A stretch of 64,000 nt of DNA from Curvularia clavata (Eukaryota): contig CP089274.1 in assembly GCA_023920165.1 (NCBI GenBank), forward strand, positions 3,348,001 through 3,412,000. The letters run 5' to 3'. The notes beneath the pieces are model-generated. The model made no database searches. It was not told the DNA's origin and saw nothing but the letters and a program-made list of their open reading frames with translations. A program made the translations under genes and the position numbers. Shown one piece after another: positions 20,638 to 33,390 of the stretch (positions are counted from its first letter, which is position 1; every line of letters begins with the position of its first letter).

Positions 20638-23114
20638 CTAAAATCCATAGCTCAGATACCCAATCGTAGTCGGATACACACTCAGCGTATCCTTCCAGCT
20701 TGCCTTGTCCTGCCCAGCGGCAGTGACCATGTACTCGACGCCCACCTCGCTGAAGCCAAACGCCTGCACACTACTTGTTCCCTCGATACTGAAGATGTGA
20801 TTCTGGCAGTTTCGGAATCCATTGGCAGCAGTCGGCGACGAGCAATCGACGCTGTAGTTGTCGAAGAAGGAATACAGACCACCGCCGTAGATCATGATGT
20901 TTGTAGCATCCAGGAGGCGCATGCCCCAGGCTGAGGTCGTGGAGCTGCTGTATGTAGGGTCCGAGTAGCGAGACGAGGAAATGTAAGGCGAAGGTGCGTT
21001 GGGTGTGGGCTGGAAGTAAGGAGTTTCGGTTTGGATGTAGCCGGCGAAGATGTTCTTTGCGTTGTTGAATTGGTACTGGTACATGGTGTGGTGCTCGACG
21101 CCGTTGGCCCAGATCCAGATGTTTTGGGCTTCGATGTGGAAGCCGCGGCCGGTGAAGATGCTGATGCGGGTCGAGTTGGGGTCATCAAGATCGTGGTCCG
21201 CGGTCCAGAACCAGTTGTTCTCGAAGTAGGCACCGTTGGCACCCTTGGTGACGTGCACGTTGGTGTGTGCGGATAGGCAGTTGGTGTTTACCTGGCCGAG
21301 GATGGCGGGACATTGGGCGACTTGGAGGTTTGTGCCTTTTGCGCCGCCAATACGGGTGTGGACGTCCCAGAGACCGGAGCCAGGGGAGGTGTTGAGGTTG
21401 TATTCGATGACAATGGCTCCTGGGGTGGCACCTTGGGTCTGGACAAGCATGTCGGACCACTCGATGCTGCCGGATTCGCCGGGTGTGCCAATCTGTACAA
21501 TGGGGACGGGGTTGGCCTGGTCGCGGAATGTGGTACCTGAGCCCATGATGGCGGAGAAGGATTCACCGACCATGCGGGATCCACCTGGGACGGTAATGGT
21601 GTTGGTGACCTTGTATACACCGTGCTCGAAGAAGAGGACCTTGCCCTGGGTTGCGGCCTGTGTAATGGCAGCCTGGACGGCACGCGTGTCGTCGGTAACA
21701 CCATCACCGGTTGCACCCATGCTGCGGGCACTCAAAAAGTCGGAGGTGCTGAGCGTCTCGTACTGTGGCTTGGACTTGGAGTAGTACTTGCCGTTTGAGA
21801 GGAGACCGCTGGGGCGTGTGGCACCGCTGATGGCGCCCTGGAACTTGGTCGGGCCAGCCAGGTTGGGTGCGTACTTGATGCCCTGGCCCCAGGTCTGGAT
21901 GGTAAGCGAGCCTCCTGCAAGGACGGTGGCACCGTTGCTGACAACAGCGTTGGGGACGTTGCTAAGCTTAATGTTCTCAAGGACAAGCTGGCCAGCGCCA
22001 GTAGGGCTGGCGTTTTGTGACCATGCCGAGTCGACAAACTTCGGGCAGTTGGTGATCTCAGAGTCGATGATGACAGCAGATCCAACCTCCTGCTTGCCGG
22101 CAGAGCCACCGTTGCTCATGGAAAAGGCAGTGCCGCAGTCGCTGATCTGAAGGCCAGAGTACAGCCAGCCCCAGTCCCAGATCTGCGAGATACCGACGAC
22201 AGCCTTGGAAATCTTAATGTTACGCATGGTGAACTGCTGATTGCCAATGTTCATGCCATACAGACCACCAGTGATGTCGAGGTCGGCCATATGACCACCT
22301 GAGCCGTTTTCGACAAAGATACCAGCGTGGACAGAGTTGGATGCCTGCGTCATGCGGATCTTGACATTTTGGATCGTCGTGGCTTGCGATGCGGGCCAAT
22401 GAATGGCCTGGAAGCCTGATGTGGGTGCAACAGCAGTGCCATCAATGATCAGGTTGCGAATCTGGCGCATAAACAGGTTGGTCGAAATCCAGCCTGGCTC
22501 ACCGTTTTCATTGCTGTACGGGCTTCCGTCGATCAGAGCAAGAGCCTGGAGAGTAGATGCAGCCTTGAGGGTGGGGAGGTCACGGGGGTTACCGATGAGC
22601 TGTGTCATGTAGTAGAAGATGATAGGCTTGCCAATGATATAGGTTCCAGAGGGCACATAGACAACAGCTGGGCTGTCAGTCGACGAGTCGCACACAAAAG
22701 GCCCGCAACGGCTGCCATCTGAAATGGCACGGTTAAAGGCGTCGGAATCATCAGTGACACCGTCACCTGCAAAACCAGTCAGTTGTAGATTCAACATCAA
22801 CACAAAAGCCACCTACCCTTGGCTCCATAGTCTTTGACGTTACGGAAGACCTTGTAGTTAGGATTGCTGTTGAACGGTGCTCTGCCTTTGCCAGACAGGT
22901 CATTGAGCCAGTAGCCATCCGTTATAGCAGCAAAGCCGGAAGCTTCAGTGGCATTGACCTCTCCTGGCTGGGTAGTATTGTCATAACGGTATTGAAGCCC
23001 TCGAGCTATAAAGTATCAGTAACATGAAAGTTCAATCAGAAAAGACAAAATCGTACGTAAAGCAACAGCCTGGCTGAGTGCCCCCAGGCAGGCAAAGAGA
23101 GAAGATAAACGCAT
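20638..23114 (-). CDS. EXG1: Secreted GH55 exo-1,3-beta-glucanase, three exons
   Basis: Signal peptide MRLSSLFACLGALSQAVALP. YKVFRNVKDYGAK|GDGVTDDSDAFNRAI and a second GATGDGVTDD mark two beta-helix domains. Also NQQFTMRN, ENNWFWTADHDLD and QTETPYFQP. From memory, very similar to C. carbonum EXG1. Confidence 0.95.
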
Positions 23115-25305
23115 GCTCGCAAACTATTGTCGAGCAAGATTCCGATTGAGCAACAAAGAGGATAGAAGAAGAGGGGGGTCTTTGTACAAAAGGAATGCCC
23201 GAGCGTAATAGGGATAGGAATGTCTCAGAAGGCAGGTGATGCTCTCTATTTAAGCACTGGATTGTGCCTACCACATTCACATCCCCCGGACCACCTCTTC
23301 ATGACAAAAACCGATATGTACCATAACTGAAGTGGGTCCAGGATTTGCACGCCCCCGGAGATCACGAACAGGCAAAAACCTGGTAAGAGTTCCCTACTCG
23401 TTCCCGCTCAAAGGTCACACGGACTGAATGGTTTACTCTCTTGGTGTGCGACTACGGACGCAGCCGTCAAGAGTGACCGCATGTCTAGCTTCTCGTCATG
23501 GCGAGAGCCGTGTGGTCCAGGCGTAATCTGGGGAAGGGCGGTTACATCTCAGCTCCTCCAACCCCACTAGAGCAAAGTAGAGGAGGAAAAAAAATATTAG
23601 ACTTGTGGGGAATCATCTTGGATATCTTGGAACGCAAGGGAGGTGTGTGGTTTGCCCTGCCCTGTTTGGACAATAGCATTCTTCAGTTTGATTGCTCATG
23701 GTGAATTGCTCCGCGGTCTAATCTGCTTAGAGTAGCGGTTCCGAAATACTACGCTGCGGACAAGAAGACCGGAGAGGCGCTGGTAAGGTAGGCAAAGAGA
23801 GTCGAGGTGGTGAGGAAAAAGGTAGCATCGTAAGCTAGGCCGAGAAGAGCAGTGGTCACCGGGTCGGCCCTACACAAATTGACTCCGTGAGCGCTATCTA
23901 GTCATGAAGCAACACCAGCAAAAGCATGTGACGTACGTTAGCCGTTGCGAGACATGTCGATGTGTCGTTGCTACTGGCCGATGCGCTGTGAGGGTCTAAT
24001 TTCCCAAGGTGACCGTTTGCCTCGGCGGGCGACGCCACGACGTGGAGTAGCATTAGTGGGCGAACCATGCGCCGCGCTGCCTCTTCGCTGCCCTATGATG
24101 TCTTCCAGAAGCATAAGCCTCAACGCGCGTGGTCAAGTTAGCCTACCGGTTTCTAGTCCACCTCTTAACAGTGCCGAGTCCAACTGCACTGGGGCAGAGC
24201 CAGTGTGTGTCGTGTGAGACGTGCGCGCGACGTGAAGTTTGGAGGGCTCCGCAAGAGTGCGTTTCCTTAGACCTGCCTATTCAGAGGCATGTCTGCCGAC
24301 AACACTGGAGAGACGGGTGCTAATGCCGGCTAAACCAGGCGCGTGGACTCTTGCAGCACATTGGACGAGGCCAGGAAAAAAAATAAACAGCATCTGTCCA
24401 CCCAGCTTCCCCATCGATTCGTCTCCGAAGCATGGTGGTTAGATTAGAGGCCCGGCCCAGCTGCTGTTCTGAGGTGTAGGAGTTGCCAAAAGGCTTGTAT
24501 GCAGCGGAAATTGCAACGTTGCAAGCGCTTCGCTCCCCTCTTCCCCGGACATGTCGCAAACAACTTACACCGACGTACCCCAGATTCCTGTGGAGCAAAG
24601 AGAGTCTAGGCTGAGGGTCATGCAAGAAAAGCAGATCACACGGTCTGGGTGAGCATCACTTCACTGCTCAAGTGGATTCCTTCACGTCCAGTCATGCGGT
24701 TGCAGCCCAACCCTCCATCTCATGTGATCTGCCAGCTGCCAAAAGAGGTTGAAGAGTACCGACTGACTCGACCCCGAACCAGACTTTGAATGTCAAGTAC
24801 ATGTTGCACTAGCTTTCGATTGGAGCGGTCAAGTAAGTTGCACACTTGTGACCTCGGCCAAGTTCGGTCGGCTTGCTTGCAGCCTGAGCGAAGCGTCGCG
24901 CAGACTACACCTTGACTTAGTCTCCGCTTCGGTGTACTTTTACAATGCCATAGTATCTGTGGGGCATCTTAGTCCGCTAAGCGGGCGCGGTGTTGTTGTT
25001 GTTTCAAATTCTGGGTATAGCTTCATACCTAAACATAATTGCCAAAGTTCAAGCTGCACTCTGCCGTGTCGCACAAAGGAATCCCATCGATGAATGATAG
25101 CTTGCCACGCGAGAGGCGCTTTCCTGCAGGACGACCTAGCAGCCTAGTTACCTTGTGGAGCAGAAGACATGAGGTAACCTCGTGCATATTCGCGCATGTA
25201 GCTGGACATGGAGTCGACCCACGAACTAGATCGGTACTACTAGTAAACTCGAGTCAATACAATATGGCATTCAGAATACGTAATCGGCTCCAAATTTTGT
25301 CTTGC

Positions 25306-25937
25306 TCATAGCCTTCCTGTGACTCGGATAAACAGCGCCTCGCCGATGGTATATACCGTGCCGTTGCCGTCTCCGATGGTCGCACGAAAGAAAAGCTTGC
25401 GGCCAGACCCAGCTTCTCGCTCAATCTTCACTGTACAGAGATATGTTCCAGGCGTTGGCATCGGCTTCTTGTACGTTACGTTCAAGTCTAGGAGTGATTA
25501 GCTTATGAGCGGGACCTAGTAGGACCATATGACGAACAAGCAGTGTAATAGTGAAAACCGTCAAACTTCTGGCCCCGCTTCCGCATCTGTTCTATTATTA
25601 TGTCTCTATGCAGACAGACCGCAGTGCCGCAGGCTTCGTCTAGCAGGATAGCTGAGAACCCGCCGTGGGCGGTATCAGGATGGCCATTAACGCCCGTTCC
25701 CAGATCGACAATAGTCCTGATTTCTGGCAATGGAATCCCGCCCTCCTCCTCTTTAACCGGTCGAAAAGTCAAGTAGCTCCGTATTGTGCGGTCCGTCTTG
25801 AGCGTGTCAGCGACAAAAGAGTCCTCATTTGAATCTTTTGGTTCGCGTGAGAAAACGCTGACGCGTGTCCAATCAGGGTCGTTGATTAAAGCGGCGGCCC
25901 AAGGGATGGAGGAAATGCGGGAAGTAACAACGTCCAT
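25306..25937 (-). CDS. HotDog-fold thioesterase (PaaI/THEM4-like), one intron
   Basis: GVNGHPDTAHGGFSAILLDEACG. Spliced ...YTAYLNVTYKKPMPTPG...RKLFFRATIGDGNGTVYTIGEALFI...GRL*. Confidence 0.85.
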
Positions 25938-28177
25938 TATGAAATCTCGGTACTGTGTGCGGCTGATTGGGCTAGTAAAGCAGTGTAACCTGTGTAACTT
26001 ATAGACATGATGGCAGGTGTTCGGACCGCTACGATTGCGATAACGAAGATGCCGAGGTGTAAATGTTGGGGTTGTCAAAGCTCAACAGCAATGACATGCT
26101 GGAAATCGAGTAAGCATTAGCGACACCTCCGGACTTTCGGCACCCTCGGAAGGCTCCCCCACAACTGGTAAAGCCGGAAAACCAGAACGACCTCGTTCAC
26201 AAAGACAAGCTATTGTAAACGAGAAATAGCTTTGGCAACTACAGCTAGTTTTAAAAGTAGACTCGTAGGTGCCAGGAACATAGTTAACAGTAAGTAGCTG
26301 TGGTAACTACAGCAATTCTCAAAAGTGGTAGTTTTGTAGGCTACAACTTTCCGGTTTCAACAGCCATGGGAGAAAGAGGGAATAGCCGCAATAACAAACA
26401 TCTGCGGTGTTTGCAACGGAGTGCGCGTCGGAACTATTCTTGCCCCTGCATGAGGAGGGGTGATCGACAACTTGCTTCAGGTGTATGCATTTGCCTGCAA
26501 GTACGGTATCCCGGAGAACGCAAGACGTCGCATCCATGCGTACGGTACCTTTACTACGTGCATATGTCAAAGAGCTGCGGACTACAGACAACTAGATCGC
26601 CTTAGATTGCACGTAGAACATCAATGACGCACCCGCAGAGGTAACCAGCTGGAAGAACTAACATCTTCACTAAGCCAGATTTCCCACCTCCATGGGATCC
26701 AATCAAACCACCAAAACCCCTCCTCTAAAGCAAAACCAAAAAGCAACAAAACACTAGTTCTCCCGAAATCCACCCAAACGAACCGCTTCCAAAAGGACTC
26801 GGAACCAAAAAAAGCAAGTCCCAACCGACCCCACTCCCGTCCGCAGCACAAGTTTCCCCCTCAGCTCATACACTAGGTGTACTTTGTTCTTTTCCTTCAG
26901 CTCCTGCACAACCAAGCTCCACAATCAGCCTCTATCCAGAAGACCAGCCAGCCTCAGCCTCAGCCTCAGCATCTACACTCCGGGGCTTTATCTAGAAAAC
27001 GAGCCAGCCCCGGATTCAGCCCCGCTATCACGTTCAACATCAGCAAGCCATGGCTATAGTCCGTACCTGGCGGGCCCTTAGAACCGTAAGTAGGTAAGGA
27101 GGAGATGGTTGCAGCGGGGCAGGATCAGAAAGTAGAGTAGCTGAAGGAAGAGGAAAAAGAAAGAGATGAGGGGAGGAGGGAATCGCTCGCATTACAGTAC
27201 AGTATAGGGGATACTAGGAAGGTGAGCGGGGTAGAATAGAGAAGAGAAAAGAAGAAGAGCAAAAGAAGAGATTATTACATCGCCAAGCGGTACGGAGAGG
27301 GGCTGGTTTGTAGGTAGAAAGAATAGAGCGAAGAAAACTGAGACGGATAGTTTGGTTTGGTGAGGTTAAAGGCGGATGTGAAGGGCGTGGGAGTAGTAAA
27401 AAAGAGGTAAACAGGGAAGAGAAGGATATACAACAACTATTTGTCCTCTTTTCTTTCCATTCATTCTCACTATAGTGAAGCAGAGTAAGTAGTAGTCCAG
27501 AGCCTATGGTGGTGCTGTCGTCATTCACTTCAAAACATTTCACTCACCACCCACAATCACAACAGCCACTTCGAATACACACAAATTTCAATTGTAAAGT
27601 AAAAAAACAAGGAGGGTATGATTTTCTATTGATGAGGGTCATAACATCGTAATCATTTTACCCAAACAAACAAAAGATGCAGTAATCCCTCCCCTAAAGA
27701 ACCACCACCACCACCACTCCTCCCCCCTTATGAATCGAATTGAAAAAAAAGAAGTCTCGCTATGCCAATGCTATATGCTTGTTTATAAACACATGCTCCA
27801 GAAAGTAGGAAACAGAGAAAAGAAAGAAGAAGGAAAGAAAGACGTCTTCTATATATTTTTTCCATCGCAACTGAAAAAGAACGAGAAAAAGAGGAAGAAA
27901 ATGTGTTTGAAAAAAAGAGGCGCCCAGGCAAAGGGTATATCGTAATTATGGTACAAGGGAACGAGAAAGAGAAGAAAGAAGGAGAGAAAAAAAAGTCAGC
28001 ATCTTCTTCGCGGGGGGGCCATTACCCTCTGTGTGTGTATCCTTTTGTATGACGCCAAACGTAAGAAAACGCTGCAAAAATATGCCATGCAAGTTTCAAA
28101 AGGAAAATTCCTTCATGGGACTTGCCACGAGGAGGCGGACTTTTGTGTATGTGTGTTGTTGGACAGAAGACTCGCTT

Positions 28178-31100
28178 CTACTTCATACCCATTTTGCGGA
28201 ACTTGCGGGATGCGCGCCGGCGCAGGCCATTCATGCCCATGGCCTTCCGGAGGCTATCCCGATCTCCATCTTCGTCTTCCTCGATCTGAGTTGCGAGATG
28301 TCTGCGGCCGTGGCTGTTCTTGACAGAGTTTTGGTGGGCCATGATGTTTTGGTCGCGCCAGAACATGCGCTTCTGGTCAATCACTTGCTGCGACAGATTG
28401 CCGAAACCCTTCTTGACGAATGCCAGATCGTGCAAGATGTTTGGGTCGAGGCAGCGCCTGGGCAGTGTCTGAACGGCCATGAAAATCTCACCGTCGCCTG
28501 GACGGTACTTTCGAAGTTCTGGTTCGCCGAGCTTGAAGATGGCAAGGGCGTAGCGGTACAAGGCGCGCGGACCCTCGTACAGGAAAGCATCCCAAACGCG
28601 GAGGACGGTTTCAATTGGTAGTACACCCACGAAAATGCTCATAAACCAAGACGTACATGAAAGAGCCACAGTAGGTTGGCGTTGGAATTTGGAGTTCGGG
28701 TGGGCGAAAGAGCCAGCGCCTGTATTGATAAGGTCGGTGTCGTTGATCGAAGCCCAGACCTTGGGCAGGTAATCCTTGATCAGCATCATGAGAACATTAA
28801 CCTCAGTATTTGCAAGGCTACGAGCATGTGCGCCTGGAAGATGGTTTTGCGTGATAATAGTCAAGAGGATAAAGACCTTCTCCTTGTCCTGCTTGAGGAA
28901 GAGCAGCAAAAGACCAGCGATGAAGTTGAGCGACTGGCAGTATCCAATGTGAGGGTTGTTCAGAGCGAAGCACGACAAGACCTCACGAAGGTCGCGAATC
29001 AGCGCCGGCTCTTCGTCAGATTCCCCGTCTAGCAGATCAGTCGCTGGCTCCGGACGGAAATGGATGTTGTCGGGGAAGGTCCTGTCGAGATCGCGCTCAA
29101 TGGCATCTCTGTCATCCTTGTTGAGCTCGCCGCGTTGTAAACGGGCTACGAGCGACTTGTAGAGACCAATGTTTTCTTTTTGGGTAATCATGTGCTGGCC
29201 ACCAGAGTAGAACCACCACATAGCGCCTCGCCACTCAGGAGGATAGCCCTTGCGTGCATATCGCTTCACCTTCTCACACATGTCTGGGAATCTTGTCGGC
29301 TCGTCGGTGGGCAAGCCTTGCTTGGCCATCAGCGCAATCCATTTGCCGCGTCGACGTGAAATGTGCTCTTCGTATCTCGAAGCCCAAGCATTATACTCTT
29401 GAACATTGATCTTTTCAGAGGCCTTTTTGAAGCCGTAACGATCCCTTTCCACTGGGGTGGCGGTCTTGCGCAGGCCGGGCATAACTACGGGGATCGGGTG
29501 TCCCGACATATCGGAATCTTGTGGCGCTTCTGGCTTACTTTTTGCCGGAGCGAGTTGCGCCATCTTTCCGAGATCGAGCAGTGCGCTCTTTCGGTCGTAC
29601 ACACTGGTCGAAGCACGACGGGGAATGGCTTCATCTTCGTCAAGCTCAGGGAGTTGCTGCGATCTTTGCATAGGCGGAGATTGTGGGCCAGTGCTGCCAG
29701 AGTTGGAGGCGTACGAGAAGGTACGTGAGCGACTGGGCCTCTTGCTGTGTCTCTTCGAGTAGGCTTCAATGTTGGCCCAATCCTGACGGGAGAGTCTAGA
29801 CCTGCTAGAGGGCAATTGAGGAAGTCCAGATATTTCGCGGCGAATGCTGTCGAGCTGAGTACGACTTGGGTTTGCACTTTTCGAGTGACGATGCCCTTTG
29901 TTGCTGGCACCTGCAGGGTTCGTGGTTTCAGTGGTTCTGAGTGACAAAGCCTGTAGCGTAATAGATACTCGGCGGGGCATATCCGCGCTCGATCGTTTCA
30001 TTGCGGTTGATAATCTCTTTTTCGGGAGCTGCACTACCGCTTGGATGGTTCGTGGTGTATAAGGAACCTGTGCCTTGTGCATCGGGTCCATTTGCAACGC
30101 CTCGTGATCTGCGGCGTCTGGATCGTGCACATCGTCAGAGTCTGATTCAGTCCTAGTACGTATAGCCAGCGGCCTCTTCTTCTCTTTGGGTTTCTCTGTC
30201 GAATCATCGGCATGGAAGTCGGAGTGGTCGTCCCAGCGCTTGAGACTCTCATTAGACTGGAAGGAGTCTAGCGAATCGAAATCACGAGATGGCGTTTGCG
30301 ACAGCTCGGGTGGTTCCGAATCAAGGCCGCCGGGGGACAGGTTTCGGAATCCACTGCCCGGTTCAACAATAGGGCTACGCTCCTCGTCGTCTTCATCGTA
30401 AAAGTACGAGTCGAGTACGTCGCTAACAGCATCTAACTGTTCTTCTTCCTTGGCAATATCTGGAGTCGACATGGCTTCTGGAGATTCGTCTCGGTCACGC
30501 AGACGGTCTCTCGATTGGTCTCTAGAATAGTGACCACTTTGCAGGTCGCTAGCAATGGAGCTTCGAGAAGTGACGATGCTGCTTCGCTCTGTGCCGCTTG
30601 TTTCGATTAGACTTGAGGACGCGTGTGTCCATCCCGACCGAAAGCTAGCACGCGGCTCCTCAGCTCGGAAAGGCCGAACTGGAGGAGGGTAGTAGTCGTT
30701 ATGTGACCAGTTGGGTACGCCTCTGTTAGGCTTATAGGTTCCTGAGAGGTTGGCTCGCTCGGTAGTGCGATACTGTGCATAATCCGGTATAGATGTTGCC
30801 GATCTCAGGGCAGGTGAAAAAGATGGCTGCGGGCCAGTCATGCCACGGGCTCTGAAAGACGGAAGAGGGGGCCCTGAAAGGTCCTCGTTGGACGAGTTCC
30901 ATGTTGGACCGTCCGAGTTGACGGGATTGCTGGCCAGAGGATTGAAAATGGTGCGCAGGTCGGGCGAGCAAGGGGCACTGTCCTGTCGTGCCATTACCTG
31001 GGCGCCCGTGGGAGACATTGGGGGCTGGACCGGGGCAGCGTGGCGGGAAGAAGGTACAGCCGCATGGCGGAGCAGAGAAGGAGCTCGCTGGCGCAGGGGG

Positions 31101-31423
31101 AACTTGGGAGAAGAGAGAGTCGGGCTCTCGACAGGCGTCGGGCTGTAGGCTGGCCGATCGTGGGGCTGAGAGGCTACGACGTGCATTTGGAGCTGAGCCG
31201 GGTGCTTGGAGCGTAGTGCACCAAAGCCCTTTGTGGCCGCATAGGGGACCTGGGGAGAGGCTGGAGGGGTGTAGTCGGTAGGAGCGGCTCGGTGATGTTG
31301 GTGGTGGTGGTTGTGGTGGTGGTGGGCATGGGGTAGGGTAGCTGGGGTAGCTGTGTCGGAATCCCGGACAGGGTGAAGGGCGTGAGAGACGCCAGGAGCG
31401 ACGCGCAGGAGGGTGTCGCCCAT
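28178..31423 (-). CDS. TBC-domain Rab GTPase-activating protein (Msb3/Gyp3-like) with a long disordered N-terminus
   Basis: DRYGFKK, RKGYPPEWRGAMW, arginine finger IERDLDRTFP, glutamine finger GYCQSLNFIAG, and LPIETVLRVWD. Confidence 0.93.
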   Translation of the reverse strand: MGDTLLRVAPGVSHALHPVRDSDTATPATLPHAHHHHNHHHQHHRAAPTDYTPPASPQVPYAATKGFGALRSKHPAQLQMHVVASQPHDRPAYSPTPVESPTLSSPKFPLRQRAPSLLRHAAVPSSRHAAPVQPPMSPTGAQVMARQDSAPCSPDLRTIFNPLASNPVNSDGPTWNSSNEDLSGPPLPSFRARGMTGPQPSFSPALRSATSIPDYAQYRTTERANLSGTYKPNRGVPNWSHNDYYPPPVRPFRAEEPRASFRSGWTHASSSLIETSGTERSSIVTSRSSIASDLQSGHYSRDQSRDRLRDRDESPEAMSTPDIAKEEEQLDAVSDVLDSYFYDEDDEERSPIVEPGSGFRNLSPGGLDSEPPELSQTPSRDFDSLDSFQSNESLKRWDDHSDFHADDSTEKPKEKKRPLAIRTRTESDSDDVHDPDAADHEALQMDPMHKAQVPYTPRTIQAVVQLPKKRLSTAMKRSSADMPRRVSITLQALSLRTTETTNPAGASNKGHRHSKSANPSRTQLDSIRREISGLPQLPSSRSRLSRQDWANIEAYSKRHSKRPSRSRTFSYASNSGSTGPQSPPMQRSQQLPELDEDEAIPRRASTSVYDRKSALLDLGKMAQLAPAKSKPEAPQDSDMSGHPIPVVMPGLRKTATPVERDRYGFKKASEKINVQEYNAWASRYEEHISRRRGKWIALMAKQGLPTDEPTRFPDMCEKVKRYARKGYPPEWRGAMWWFYSGGQHMITQKENIGLYKSLVARLQRGELNKDDRDAIERDLDRTFPDNIHFRPEPATDLLDGESDEEPALIRDLREVLSCFALNNPHIGYCQSLNFIAGLLLLFLKQDKEKVFILLTIITQNHLPGAHARSLANTEVNVLMMLIKDYLPKVWASINDTDLINTGAGSFAHPNSKFQRQPTVALSCTSWFMSIFVGVLPIETVLRVWDAFLYEGPRALYRYALAIFKLGEPELRKYRPGDGEIFMAVQTLPRRCLDPNILHDLAFVKKGFGNLSQQVIDQKRMFWRDQNIMAHQNSVKNSHGRRHLATQIEEDEDGDRDSLRKAMGMNGLRRRASRKFRKMGMK

Positions 31424-31861
31424 TGCGTGGTGCAGAGGAGTAGCAGATTGTTTTGGTAGGCGTCAAGGGCGTTCATTCGGACGGGGTACAGGACGGCTCT
31501 GGGTGGGTGATTTGAGCGGACATTCTCGAGGGGGAATGCGGACGGGAGTTGTGTGGGCGGAGGCGAAGGGGGGGCCGTCGAGGTAGTAGTGGAGGCTGCG
31601 GACGTGGTTGAGGAGTACGTGTGTTTGTGTTGTTGTTGTTGGCGTGTGTAGGTGCGTGAGAGCGTGGGTGCGTGGGTTATGCGCGGATGCCAGTCGCTTG
31701 GACAGAGGGCCGGGTGTCGTCGCAGCGTCCGGCCTTGCAGCTGTCGAGCACTTTTGGGGAGGTGGGTCCTCAATGCAGGCGTGGCAGGTAGAAGAAAGGT
31801 GGGAGCAGCAGGAAAACAAAGGCGGCGAGCAAGGTGCTAAGGAGCGTGAGTGAGATGGGGC

Positions 31862-31896
31862 AAGGCACAGGCACCGACAGGCACAGGCACAGGCAC
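31862..31896. repeat. Short (CAGGCA)n hexamer repeat
   Basis: aaggcacaggcaccgacaggcacaggcacaggcac upstream of the TBC gene. Confidence 0.7.
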
Positions 31897-32808
31897 CGGG
31901 GCAGTCAGACGGTAGTGAGGACGGAAGTGCGGCCAGTGTGTAGCAGGAATGCCTCCTTCGGCCCTAGATGGACGACTGACTCTGGCGAGGGTGCCAAGGC
32001 GCGCGACGGGCATGCCTCCTTCATCCCCGATGCCTAATGGCCGACCCAGGGGGGGCGCCGGGCGGGTCGAGCGTTTCAAGGGCGGCGGCGGAAGTCGTCG
32101 GGGAGCGTTTGCCTGCCCTGCGACGGCCCAAATGGGGATGCTGGTGCATAAGCGCTCTGAAAAAAACAAACTGAGTTCCATGGTAACGTCGCGCGCGTGC
32201 GGCGAACGCGTGCCCGGCCAATGGCAGCCGGGCAAGCTTCGCACAGCCTCGCCCGGGCGCGTGTCGAGCTGAGTAGTTGAGGGCGAGGCGCAATTTCATG
32301 TCGACACAACAAACAGGACGCCCCGTCGCGTGTGCCATTGCTAGTACAGAGGATTAAGACGATGCCATCGCTCGCATTGGGACCGGCACAGGCGCCAGGC
32401 AGGTCCCAGCTAGGCAGGCACCGAACCGCGCCTGCCCTTCTAGAAGGCCGGCAGTCAGGGCATCCCTGGCCTCGCCACGCGGCTCGCTTCACTGCACCAC
32501 CATGCTGCTACGGGACATTGGTACATGACGACATGGTGCTCTGCTTTCATCTCGCCTGCCATTTGGCACACTTCACTATCCTGCCTAACCCGTCCGCCGC
32601 ACACACACCGATGCCCTGGATACATGGCGATCTGCAAAACTGCCCCCGTGCGTCTCTGCCCACTGCCCACCCCGCGACCCTTCCGCGTGCAAATTTCGCC
32701 AAACACCAACCATGCAATCAATCTGTGGCGGCTGACTGCCGTCCTGTCTGAACTATTCTCCCTGCTCTTCCCTGCCTGCTGGAGCGCGTGCCCACGTGGT
32801 CACGGCCC

Positions 32809-33390
32809 TCATTTGGCATAGCGCTTCACCCAGTCCTTTGCATTCTTCTCAAACTCTGCGCGGTTCTCGCGGTACTCGTTGGCAATCGATGGCTCGATCG
32901 CATCGTCCGGGTTGGGCTCGATCAGCAACGTCTGGATTAGTCGCAGCACAGCGACCACCTTGTTTGGCGGCTTCCACTCGTCCGGGCGCAGCAGTCCCAA
33001 GCACATGGACCCCTTGTCATCGTTGCTGACGTTGGGATGGTAGATCTTGGTCCGGAAGCTCACCACGGGCGGCTTGAAAGGGTACTCGGTTGGGAATGTA
33101 ATCTCGAGCTTGAAGTGCCCGCCCTACAAATGGCGTTAATGCGTGTGCTCCCCAAAGCTACATGGCCGCCAAAGGAACACATACCGCGTATGTAGACTGC
33201 TCGGGGCCATCCATCAACACCTCCCACTTGGTCATGTTCTGCTCGTCAAAGTTGATCTTCATGCCTGGCGGTGTGTCGGCCATGCACTCGCCATACTCCT
33301 GCTCAACCGTTAGTCAGCTGGCTCCTGCCACACTGCACACGGCCACCAGAGGCTTGCCTTCAAGATACGCTTCTTAGCACCGGTGCTCAT
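32809..33390 (-). CDS. Ubiquitin-conjugating enzyme E2 (UBE2L3/Ubc4-like), three exons, first intron GC-AG
   Basis: MSTGAKKRILK|EYGEC...WEVLMDGPEQSTYA|GGHFKLEITFPTEYPFKPPVVSFRTKIYHPNV...SMCLGLL...WKP. HPN motif and catalytic Cys are present. Confidence 0.93.

Noticed and set aside
26624..27081. Short ORFs with intron-like signals (GTAACC...ACTAAC)
   Set aside because: Could not assemble a coherent reading frame or find a recognisable product.
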